From: an uncultured Ruminococcus sp.
Lineage (GTDB): Bacteria > Bacillota > Clostridia > Oscillospirales > CAG-272
Length of the DNA stretch: 33,885 nucleotides
Assembly (NCBI GenBank): GCA_964588425.1
Contig: CAZPPN010000002.1
Span: forward strand, 1 to 33,885
Reading direction: 5' to 3'
Positions 9,024-16,426 of the stretch are shown in pieces (positions within the stretch are counted from its first letter, which is position 1; the number at the start of each line of letters is the position of its first letter). The translations under genes were made by a program, and so were the position numbers. Under the pieces are notes generated by a model. The model ran no database searches. It had not been told where the DNA came from and saw nothing but the letters and a program-made list of their open reading frames with translations.

Positions 9024-9821
9024 ATGAAACTGTCGGAAAACATCAAAAAATTCAGACTCAGAAAAAAACTGACACAGGAAGAGCTGGCGAATATGCTCGG
9101 CGTATCGGCACAGGCTGTGTCAAAATGGGAAACAAGCGAGACCTACCCCGACGGTTCGCTTCTCCTGCCAATTGCGAACGCGCTTGACACATCACTCGAC
9201 GCACTGTTCGGCAACGATAAGATCTACAACGACGATATGTACGAAAGACTCAGACTTATGTTCGAAGGACTCAGCAATAAGGAAGAGATCGCGAAGATAT
9301 ACGACCTCTGCTGGATGGCGTACTGTGCGATGTGGAATTGCGACAGTGTCAGAGACTGCAGCGGAAACTCGTCTGTCATGAACAGAGACGGTGGATTTGT
9401 GCAGATCTCGAACCGCGGCATGAGATATTTCTCGGTATTCAAGGAGCCTGATGACGGCTGGAGCAAGTACATCGGAGACGCTGAGCTTATGAGAGATGTA
9501 TTCGAGCGGCTTGGAGAGCGTGACACAATGAAAGCGGTGCTGTATCTGCATACTCTGGAGCACGGATACTACTTTGATGCTGATGTGATTTGTGAGGCGT
9601 GCTCGATTGAAAAAGAGAATCTCGGACGGGTGATGGATGATCTCTGTCAGATGCATCTTGTGCTGAAAAACGAGGTCAACATCAACGGTGAGATCCGCGA
9701 TATCTACATGACACGCCCGACGTACAGGATCATCTCCCTGCTTCTCATGGCGGAAGAGCTGATGTACAACAAGGGCTACTCACTGCAGACTGACAACAGA
9801 ATGAAGCCGTATCTCGGATGA
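9024..9821 (+). CDS. XRE-family (Cro/C1-type HTH) transcriptional regulator with a ~200-aa C-terminal domain of unknown function
   Basis: N-terminal LTQEELANMLGVSAQAVSKWETSETYPDGSLLLPIANALDTSLDALFG. GGGGGAGG RBS sits inside the end of the upstream gene. The start is 3 nt after the upstream stop. Confidence 0.88.
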   Translation: MKLSENIKKFRLRKKLTQEELANMLGVSAQAVSKWETSETYPDGSLLLPIANALDTSLDALFGNDKIYNDDMYERLRLMFEGLSNKEEIAKIYDLCWMAYCAMWNCDSVRDCSGNSSVMNRDGGFVQISNRGMRYFSVFKEPDDGWSKYIGDAELMRDVFERLGERDTMKAVLYLHTLEHGYYFDADVICEACSIEKENLGRVMDDLCQMHLVLKNEVNINGEIRDIYMTRPTYRIISLLLMAEELMYNKGYSLQTDNRMKPYLG

Positions 9822-9831
9822 ATAAAACAAT

Positions 9832-9874
9832 AGCGTGTACCTTTGAGAAAAATCTTCGGGTACACGCTTTTTTA
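9832..9874. terminator. Rho-independent terminator between convergent genes (strong on the + strand)
   Basis: 10-bp stem AGCGTGTACC (9832-9841) / GGTACACGCT (9859-9868) followed by TTTTTT. Confidence 0.8.
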
Positions 9875-11272
9875 TCAGTCGTAATAAGAGGCTGCGGCAG
9901 GTTGGATCTGGACATCAGGTGATGTGCGGATTCCGGAGAGCAGCTTTCTTCGGAATACACGGTTTCCGGATTTTGCCCACAGATAACCGTTTTCGTCAAT
10001 CTCAACAAGCTCGGGTATGAGTCTATCCGGCAGCGGAATAATAACATCAATGAGTCCGAACGAACGGATTGCTTGTATACCCATTTCGGTAGCTGCGTAT
10101 GTACGGTCGGTTGAGTCCGTTGTAATATCTGTTGCACCTGTATACTTGAAGTCTGGGTAGAAATGCAGCAGTCCGTGATAGAACTTACCGTTCAGCGATC
10201 CGTCGGGCATGATCGTCATAGAATATACACAGCCTTTGCCGAGATCGCTTACATAAAGACGCCATCTGTCGGATGATATTGTCAGAGCGGTGATGCGATC
10301 AAATCCGTCAGCCGCGAGCTTCTTCTCTCCGTTGGGAGTGACGAAGAAGATCTTTCCGCCGTCCGCTGTATATTCGCCTTCTGCGGTAAATTTTCCGGAA
10401 GAGACCGCACGCGCTTTTTCGGGGAACGGGCAGCTGCATTCTTCCCAAGGCATATCGAGCGAGATCAGCTTTTCAGCTCTGCATGAGAGTTTCTTGGCTG
10501 AAACAGGCTCTCTGTCCCAGTTTTTCCACAGGAATCTGAATTTTGTGATAATGGTTTCAACATCGCCGTATCTGCTGCAGTGTCCTTCGCCCGGATGGTA
10601 TAACGCAAGCATATCGTAACCGGCATATCTGAGCGCTCTTTCGATCTCATCAGCGGCACAGAATGATGATCCGAAATATTCGTTCGGCTCGTCTTCGGAG
10701 TAGTCTGTGGCAACTCTGATCGGCTTTGTCTCGAATTTTCGCACAAGATCAGGAAGATCTCTTCCCTTGCCCATTGCGAGGAAGCTCGGACTGCTCATCT
10801 GAACTCTGCGGAAATAGTCGTTTCTGAACCACGCAGCGTTCCAAGAAGCGATTCCGCCTGAAGATCCGCCGCTGATCATGTGCATATCAGCATTCGGCGA
10901 GATCTTAAGACTATGCTCAGTGATAAGATTCGGTATGATTTCGTTTACAAGAAAATCGGGATATTCAGATGTGAATAGGTCGTAATTGAGAAGCCGTACG
11001 CCGCGATTATATCCACCGTCAACAGTCGAGTGCAGTGTGCCGGAAACGATGCCGATCACAATGAAGGCAGGCGCTTCACCGTTTTCCGCTAAAGTCTGCA
11101 TCGCAAATGCTTCAGCTTTGTTGAGACCGTCACACTCTACAAGAAGAGCACACTCATCACACCCCTCAGCGATATAGGGTATGAAAATACTGTATTCGAA
11201 AACAACACCGCGAAAATAGTTCTGTGCCGTGTATTTTCCGCTGATGGTTTGACCTTTAAGGGTTATATCCAT
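9875..11272 (-). CDS. Fusion protein: N-terminal esterase-type alpha/beta hydrolase plus a C-terminal SMP-30/gluconolactonase-like beta-propeller region (family-level guess)
   Basis: 465-aa ORF with a G-x-S-x-G nucleophile elbow in MISGGSSGGIASWNAAWF. The C-terminal ~190 aa have repeat-like strands (LYVSDLGKGCVYSM..., YAATEMGIQAI...). AGGGGG RBS. Domain calls come from motif memory only. Confidence 0.6.
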   Translation of the reverse strand: MDITLKGQTISGKYTAQNYFRGVVFEYSIFIPYIAEGCDECALLVECDGLNKAEAFAMQTLAENGEAPAFIVIGIVSGTLHSTVDGGYNRGVRLLNYDLFTSEYPDFLVNEIIPNLITEHSLKISPNADMHMISGGSSGGIASWNAAWFRNDYFRRVQMSSPSFLAMGKGRDLPDLVRKFETKPIRVATDYSEDEPNEYFGSSFCAADEIERALRYAGYDMLALYHPGEGHCSRYGDVETIITKFRFLWKNWDREPVSAKKLSCRAEKLISLDMPWEECSCPFPEKARAVSSGKFTAEGEYTADGGKIFFVTPNGEKKLAADGFDRITALTISSDRWRLYVSDLGKGCVYSMTIMPDGSLNGKFYHGLLHFYPDFKYTGATDITTDSTDRTYAATEMGIQAIRSFGLIDVIIPLPDRLIPELVEIDENGYLWAKSGNRVFRRKLLSGIRTSPDVQIQPAAASYYD

Positions 11273-11305
11273 TTTATGCCCCCTGTTGGTTTATTTCTTG
11301 AAATC

Positions 11306-11335
11306 ATTATATCACACCAAAAACATACTTGTCAA
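11306..11335 (-). promoter_or_regulatory. Sigma-A promoter for the esterase-fusion gene
   Basis: On the minus strand: TTGACA (11335-11330), 18-nt spacer, TGaTATAAT with the -10 at 11311-11306. Confidence 0.65.
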
Positions 11336-11368
11336 TATTTAGTGAATCATAAATAAATCCGATATTTC

Positions 11369-11397
11369 TTGCGTACGGAGTGCGTATATGATATAAT
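11369..11397 (+). promoter_or_regulatory. Extended -10 promoter for the 693-aa gene
   Basis: TTGCGT (11369-11374), 17-nt spacer, TGaTATAAT (-10 at 11392-11397). Confidence 0.5.
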
Positions 11398-11430
11398 AAT
11401 GTAAGAATAAAATCAGCGCGAGGTAACACA

Positions 11431-13512
11431 ATGAGCATATCATACACCGAAAAATACCCGGCATTCGGGAAAAACATTTTCCGTTTCACAAACGAAAACA
11501 GCGTTCTGCATGAGCGTGATCTCGGTATTGCTGGAAAGAGAGTATCAGTCATGACTCCCGAAAACAGGGCGGCGTACATCGGCGGAATACAGAACTGCCC
11601 GTGGTGCGGATCGGGATTTTCGCTTGAAATACGGATCGACGGCGAGCGCATACCGGGACGTGAGTGGATCTGGCTGCCGAACGGGATCATAAGACGCGGC
11701 AGAATCGGCGGATGGGAAGCTGAAACATTGACGGTGATTCCGCCCGAGGGGGACGCCGCAGTAATGAAGATAAGATTCGCCAACCGCACGGGTCACGATT
11801 CCGCAGCTCCGGTTCAGTTTATCATGAGAGGATCGGTGCGGCGCGAGACAAGCTGGAGATTTCCGATACCTGATAAAGGCGAGCCTCATTTTGCGTGTGT
11901 GAGTGCGGCGGACTCCGTTCTGTATGCGATCGGCTGTTCAAATGATGTCGGCGGATGTAAGTATCCGGCGGATGCGGCAGGCATTGCTGTGACAACATCG
12001 CTTGACGGAATGAAACTGTTCCCGCAGGCGGATATCTGGGAATGCGAAAAGTTTATCCCCGACGGCGGCGAGCTTGAGTTTTATGTCTCGCTTCATCTGA
12101 ACAGGCATGATACAGTCACAGGATACGCTGATGATGTCCGCGGACATTGGGAGGAGTACATCGGGGCTGCATTTGACTGGCTTGAGGAGGAGACCGAGCG
12201 AATTTACTCAAAACTGCCGGTGTTCTCGTCCGATAATCCGTCGCTCGACAAGCTGTATCACCGCTCACTCGTGACATATTCGCTGAACCGTTGGGAAAAC
12301 AGCGAGCTGGTAACAAGTCCGTTCTACACCACGGGAAGTCTCAACGGCGGATGTATGTGTTCGTATCTGTGGGATTACGGCGGAGGACTTATGCTGCATC
12401 CGCTTGTCGACCGTGAAACAAACGCAGATATGATCAGACGCTATCTCCACGCCGATCTGTGCACATCATACGCTATCACACCGCTTGACGGATCTCCCAC
12501 AGGACCGTGGTACCATATAAATCATGAAAAAATCATTCAGATGATATACTACTACGTTCTGCATACGGGGGATACGGATTTTCTGCGCGAAGAAGTTGAC
12601 GGACGCACGATTGCCGACTGGGCGAGATTCCATGCGTATGTGCGTGACGATATCTCGAAGCCGGTTGAGCTGATAGACTACGGCAAGGACGGCGAGTCGC
12701 ATCTCGAGCTCAGGAGAGACTACGTCTATCAGGGAGTAATGCCGGATCTCAACGCAAGACGGTATATGAACTACAAGCTCGCATACGAGATTACAAAAAT
12801 GAATGGCAGTCCGGATGATCTTCTGATGGAACGCGCCGAGGCATTGAAACCGCTTATGAAAACCATGTGGAACGAAGACAAAGGCTGGTACGAATATATC
12901 TGGGAGGGAAAGCGTGACATCAGATGGACGGTTCAGATGTTCAAATTCCTCTCAAGTCCGGTGATTGACGACACGATCCGCGAAAAACTGATCTCGCACC
13001 TGAACGACAAAGAGTTCCTGTCGAAATTCGGTCTGCACAGTATGTCAAAACTCGATCCGGCGTACGATCAGATAGATATAGACAACGGCGGCGGTGGAAT
13101 CTGCACACTGTTCACCATGCAGATCGCCTGTCAGCTTTACGAGCTGGGGTACGATGAGCTTGCATCCGATATCTTAAGCCGTGTACTGTGGTGGGGTGAG
13201 AGACTGCCGTATATGGGTGACTCCTGCGCTGCAAATATGCTTGAGGACAGGGAAGATACTCCGCTGCAGGCAGACATCAGCTCAGTCTCATGCGCGCAGA
13301 TGATACTCTTCAAGCTGTGCGGAATCTCTGTATCGCCCGACGGAAGCATAAGAATCAAGCCGTCGAAGATCCGTCCTGCGGAAAACATCCGTGTCGAAAA
13401 CTTTACTCTGCGCGGCAGAACATTCACGCTCTCGATCGCCGGGGATGAGTTTGAGGTGATAACAGCAGACTCGGCAAAGCACTCAGCAATCGGCGGAGAA
13501 ATCGTTATCTGA
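11431..13512 (+). CDS. Hypothetical glycoside-hydrolase-like protein (possible (alpha/alpha)6 six-hairpin fold; family not recognised)
   Basis: 693-aa uninterrupted ORF with a GAGGT RBS. The helix-rich C-terminal two-thirds carry acidic/aromatic motifs (LWDYGGGLMLHP, YYYVLHTGDTDFLREE, WWGERLPYMGDSCAANM). The function is a guess from composition and neighbourhood. Confidence 0.55.
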   Translation: MSISYTEKYPAFGKNIFRFTNENSVLHERDLGIAGKRVSVMTPENRAAYIGGIQNCPWCGSGFSLEIRIDGERIPGREWIWLPNGIIRRGRIGGWEAETLTVIPPEGDAAVMKIRFANRTGHDSAAPVQFIMRGSVRRETSWRFPIPDKGEPHFACVSAADSVLYAIGCSNDVGGCKYPADAAGIAVTTSLDGMKLFPQADIWECEKFIPDGGELEFYVSLHLNRHDTVTGYADDVRGHWEEYIGAAFDWLEEETERIYSKLPVFSSDNPSLDKLYHRSLVTYSLNRWENSELVTSPFYTTGSLNGGCMCSYLWDYGGGLMLHPLVDRETNADMIRRYLHADLCTSYAITPLDGSPTGPWYHINHEKIIQMIYYYVLHTGDTDFLREEVDGRTIADWARFHAYVRDDISKPVELIDYGKDGESHLELRRDYVYQGVMPDLNARRYMNYKLAYEITKMNGSPDDLLMERAEALKPLMKTMWNEDKGWYEYIWEGKRDIRWTVQMFKFLSSPVIDDTIREKLISHLNDKEFLSKFGLHSMSKLDPAYDQIDIDNGGGGICTLFTMQIACQLYELGYDELASDILSRVLWWGERLPYMGDSCAANMLEDREDTPLQADISSVSCAQMILFKLCGISVSPDGSIRIKPSKIRPAENIRVENFTLRGRTFTLSIAGDEFEVITADSAKHSAIGGEIVI

Positions 13513-13617
13513 GAAACTCCGAAAAATTTTCGAAAAAACTCTGAAAAAAGTTTAACCGAATCGTTCTTTTTACACTATATGGGCAGAAGCTTCTAAAAAA
13601 GAAAAAGAGGACGGAAA

Positions 13618-14283
13618 ATGGACAGGCAGGAACTCAACGATAAAATAACAGCGGTATCGAAGACGATCTTCTTGTACTGCATGGCACGGACACCGAACCG
13701 TGAGACAGCGGAGGATCTTTCGCAGGAGATAATCTGTGAGCTGATCAGATCCGCGGACAACATCCGTGACGAGCGCGCGTTCTACGGATTCATGTGGTCG
13801 CTTGCCGGGAATATTTACTGTCAGTGGTACAGAAGAAAACTCGGTACAACTGAGGGCGAGCTGAGTGACAGCATTCTCGCGGAAGAAGATGTCTTCACCG
13901 ACTGCGGCGAGGAAGCTGAACGCAGAGAAAATGATCTCTATCTGCTCAGACGGGAACTTTCTCTTCTGTCAGCGAAATACCGCCGCGCGACCGTGATGTA
14001 TTATATTGAAGAAAAATCCTGCCGTGAAATTTCCGAATCCTTGAATGTCAGCGAGAGCATGGTGAAATATCTGCTCTTCAAATCAAGAAAGATTCTGAAA
14101 GAAGGTATGTGTATGGAAAGAAGACTTCAGCGAATACGATCTCGAAGCGGCTGCGGACATGGTGAGGATGGGATATGTCGTGAAGAAAGACGGCAAATTC
14201 CGCTCCACAATGCCTGTTTATACCGCAGAACAGTACGAAGCGGTCAGCGCGATGGCGAAAGAATTTGTCGAATGCGAGCTTGA
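13618..14283 (+). CDS. ECF-like sigma-70 family RNA polymerase sigma factor; the reading frame appears disrupted after ~165 aa and the tail is out-of-frame-looking
   Basis: Region 2 RETAEDLSQEIICELIRS...FYGFMWSLAGNIYCQWYRR. Region 4 HTH YRRATVMYYIEEKSCREISESLNVSESMVKYLLFKSRKILKEG. After ~14110 the frame gives an Arg-rich tail (MERRLQRIRSRSGCGHGEDGICREERRQ...). Confidence 0.75.
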   Translation: MDRQELNDKITAVSKTIFLYCMARTPNRETAEDLSQEIICELIRSADNIRDERAFYGFMWSLAGNIYCQWYRRKLGTTEGELSDSILAEEDVFTDCGEEAERRENDLYLLRRELSLLSAKYRRATVMYYIEEKSCREISESLNVSESMVKYLLFKSRKILKEGMCMERRLQRIRSRSGCGHGEDGICREERRQIPLHNACLYRRTVRSGQRDGERICRMRA

Positions 14284-14497
14284 TGCAGTAATCCGTGAGC
14301 TTGACGTATCCGCCTGCCGAATCCTCGGTGAGCATACCCCGAAGCATCTGCAGAATCAGGTGTGCGGAATTGCGAAGACGAACAAATTTGTTCACGCCGT
14401 ATCATATCCCGCGCTCAGAATGGTTGAAAAGGGATATCTCAGCACGGCGTGGAAAGCCGACGAGATGCCGACAACATTTGTAATTCTCGCGGAATAA
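14159..14497 (+). CDS. Hypothetical protein / probable displaced C-terminal domain of the sigma-factor gene (frame +1 relative to it)
   Basis: 112-aa ORF with protein-like composition. The same frame is already open from 14099 (..WKEDFSEYDLEAAADMVRMGYVVKKDGKF..) with no start codon before ATG 14159. It overlaps the sigma ORF by 125 nt. Confidence 0.5.
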   Translation: MVRMGYVVKKDGKFRSTMPVYTAEQYEAVSAMAKEFVECELDAVIRELDVSACRILGEHTPKHLQNQVCGIAKTNKFVHAVSYPALRMVEKGYLSTAWKADEMPTTFVILAE

Positions 14498-14512
14498 TCG
14501 AATAAAACAACG

Positions 14513-14555
14513 AAACCTCCGTTTGTATCCAATAGCAGATACGGCGGAGGTTTTT
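14513..14555 (+). terminator. Rho-independent terminator after the sigma-factor locus
   Basis: Stem AAACCTCCG (14513-14521) / CGGAGGTTT (14545-14553) running into TTTTT (14551-14555). Confidence 0.7.
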
Positions 14556-14584
14556 GTGTGCAGGGGAAAATTATGATAAAAATT

Positions 14585-14619
14585 ATAGGCACCGATACAA
14601 TCGATGTACCGGCGCCTAT
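14585..14619 (-). terminator. Terminator hairpin after the LamG-repeat gene
   Basis: ATAGGCACCG / CCGGCGCCTAT inverted repeat with 1 mismatch. On the minus strand it is followed by a T-rich tract (AATTTTTATCATAATTTT). Confidence 0.6.
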
Positions 14620-14663
14620 TCGGGATTTAATTTGTTCTGAGAATTGCTTGAGTGATTATTGAA

Positions 14664-16208
14664 TTAACCAAGAATACCGTTCTTGAGAGCCCAGCCGAGT
14701 GCGGGATCGCAGAAGGAACGAGGATCCTTGAGTTCGAGACCGTACTTGTGAGCTGTGTTTTCGGGTTCTTCAGCGTCGCTGTATTCAGCGATAGCCTTAA
14801 CCTGATCTGCGGAGAGAGCAGACTTGAATACTACGATATCGTCATAGTCAACGTTGAAGCTGCAGTCACCGTTGTATTCGCCTGTGCCGTCTTCACCGAT
14901 GTTGAATACCCAGCCCTTAGTTGTGGGATCCCACTGACCGATCTTGGCAGCATATTCGTATGTACCAACTTCACCATACTGCTTACCGTTGAGGTAGTAT
15001 GTGTATGTGCCGGCTTCAGCGTCTACAACGAGAGTCATGTGTACCCATTCACCGGAACCTGCGTAATCGTAGTATGTGTCAACTCTTGTAGCTCCGCCGC
15101 TGTCGGAAGAAGCATTGAATCTGAGGTCACTTCCGCGAACGGAGAGGAGCCAACCTGTGTTCTTACCGTTTTCCCAGCTCTTGTTACCGAAGAGAACGGG
15201 GTCAGATGTGGGTCTGTTGTTGATCTTTACCCAAGAAGCGAATGTGAAGGAAGATGTACCGAACTTCATTTCGGGGATGGAAATGTAGTTGCCGCCGTCC
15301 TTTGTGTTAGCAGCGTATTCGCCGTTAGCACCTTCAACGAGGTCAACATTACCAACTGTGAGAACTTCGTACTTGCCGTTAGCGTCCTTGATTTCGCCGC
15401 CTTCAAATGTGATTCTGAGGTCAGCTGTGTTAAGGAATGCTTCCACGGGATCGATTTCTTCGGGTTCACCGTAGTTGGAGATAGCGCGAACTTCCTTTTC
15501 GGAGAGAGCAGACTTGAAGATTGCTACTTCGTCGAAGTCAACGTTGAAGTTGCAGTCGTCATTGTATGTACCTGTGCCGTCTTCACCGATGTTGAAAGCG
15601 AGCTTGGGGTTGTTTGTGGACCACATACCGATCTTATCCTTGTAAGAATAGGAGGTTGTGCCCTGGAGTCTGCCGTCGTAATAGATGGAGTATTCACCTG
15701 CTTCAGCGTCAACAACGATAGCAACGTGTACCCATTCACCGCGCTTGGAGTAGGAATAGCTAGCGTCTGTTCTTGTTGTGCCGTCAGAGTCGGAACAAGC
15801 GTTGAGCTTCATATCGCTGCCGCGGAGGGAGAGAAGCCAACCAACATTCTTACCGCTGCTCCAGCTCTTGTTACCGAAGAGAACGGGGTCAGATGTCTGG
15901 GAGATGGGCTTGATCCATGCTGTAACTGTGAAAGAATCATTACCGAACTTCATTTCGGGGATGGAAATGTGGTTCTTGTCGCCAATAGTCTTGGCAGCCT
16001 TGCCGATAACGCCGTCAACGAGAGTTGTGTCACCTACGGAAACTACTTCATAGTTACCGTTCACGTCAACGATGCCATCATCAAAATTGATGTAGCAGTC
16101 AGCTTTAGCGAGGAGAGCTGCTACGTCTACATTGTGTACTGCTGCTGTGGGAAGGCAGAGAGAAGCTGCGATCATGATAACAGCGAGTACCAGAGATAAC
16201 TTTTTCAT
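14664..16208 (-). CDS. Secreted protein with two tandem LamG/concanavalin-A-like lectin domains
   Basis: Start ATG 16208 with GGAGG (16220-16216) gives the signal peptide MKKLSLVLAVIMIAASLCLPTAAV. The ORF-track start at 16334 is an upstream extension. Two ~229-aa repeats share PEMKFG..SFT..AW(I/V)K......DPVLFGNKSW..GKN.GWLLS.RGSD..(L/F)NA and FN(I)GEDGTG.YN.DC.FNVD(F/Y)D. Strong codon bias. Confidence 0.85.
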   Translation of the reverse strand: MKKLSLVLAVIMIAASLCLPTAAVHNVDVAALLAKADCYINFDDGIVDVNGNYEVVSVGDTTLVDGVIGKAAKTIGDKNHISIPEMKFGNDSFTVTAWIKPISQTSDPVLFGNKSWSSGKNVGWLLSLRGSDMKLNACSDSDGTTRTDASYSYSKRGEWVHVAIVVDAEAGEYSIYYDGRLQGTTSYSYKDKIGMWSTNNPKLAFNIGEDGTGTYNDDCNFNVDFDEVAIFKSALSEKEVRAISNYGEPEEIDPVEAFLNTADLRITFEGGEIKDANGKYEVLTVGNVDLVEGANGEYAANTKDGGNYISIPEMKFGTSSFTFASWVKINNRPTSDPVLFGNKSWENGKNTGWLLSVRGSDLRFNASSDSGGATRVDTYYDYAGSGEWVHMTLVVDAEAGTYTYYLNGKQYGEVGTYEYAAKIGQWDPTTKGWVFNIGEDGTGEYNGDCSFNVDYDDIVVFKSALSADQVKAIAEYSDAEEPENTAHKYGLELKDPRSFCDPALGWALKNGILG

Positions 16209-16247
16209 AAAAAGCCTCCAGATATTGATAATTGGTGTTGAACACAG

Positions 16248-16276
16248 AATTAAATTAACTCCCGAAATTAAATTAA
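16248..16276. repeat. Two direct copies of AATTAAATTAA spaced 18 bp apart in the LamG gene leader
   Basis: Copies at 16248-16258 and 16266-16276, between the predicted -10 (16293-16298) and the RBS. Possible regulator site. Confidence 0.4.
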
Positions 16277-16292
16277 TATCCATGTTAGTAAC

Positions 16293-16321
16293 ATTATACC
16301 TTAAATGGATGAAAAAAGCAA
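16293..16321 (-). promoter_or_regulatory. Putative sigma-A promoter of the LamG-repeat gene
   Basis: On the minus strand: TTGCTT (16321-16316), 17-nt spacer, TATAAT (16298-16293). Confidence 0.45.
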
Positions 16322-16426
16322 TAAGTTCTAACAAATAATTATGAAAAACGGAATAATTTCCTCAAATTTTTTTGATTACTCTGCAATTTTTGGGCGGTTT
16401 GTCTGTGGCATCAGCCAACGCTCCCA

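Noticed and set aside
14664-14720. An SLH-like cell-wall anchoring motif at the C-terminus of the LamG protein (..FCDPALGWALKNGILG).
   Set aside because: There are only ~15 residues before the TAA stop, far too short for an SLH domain. The resemblance rests on a few residues.
14664-16208. A diversity-generating retroelement target, because of the near-identical internal repeats.
   Set aside because: There is no reverse transcriptase gene, no template repeat outside the gene, and no adenine-specific mismatch pattern. The repeats are in-frame domain duplicates.
16248-16276. A CRISPR-like or tandem-repeat array.
   Set aside because: There are only two copies of an 11-mer with a 7-nt spacer, lying in a gene leader. 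No further repeats or cas genes are present. No CRISPR array exists anywhere in the window.
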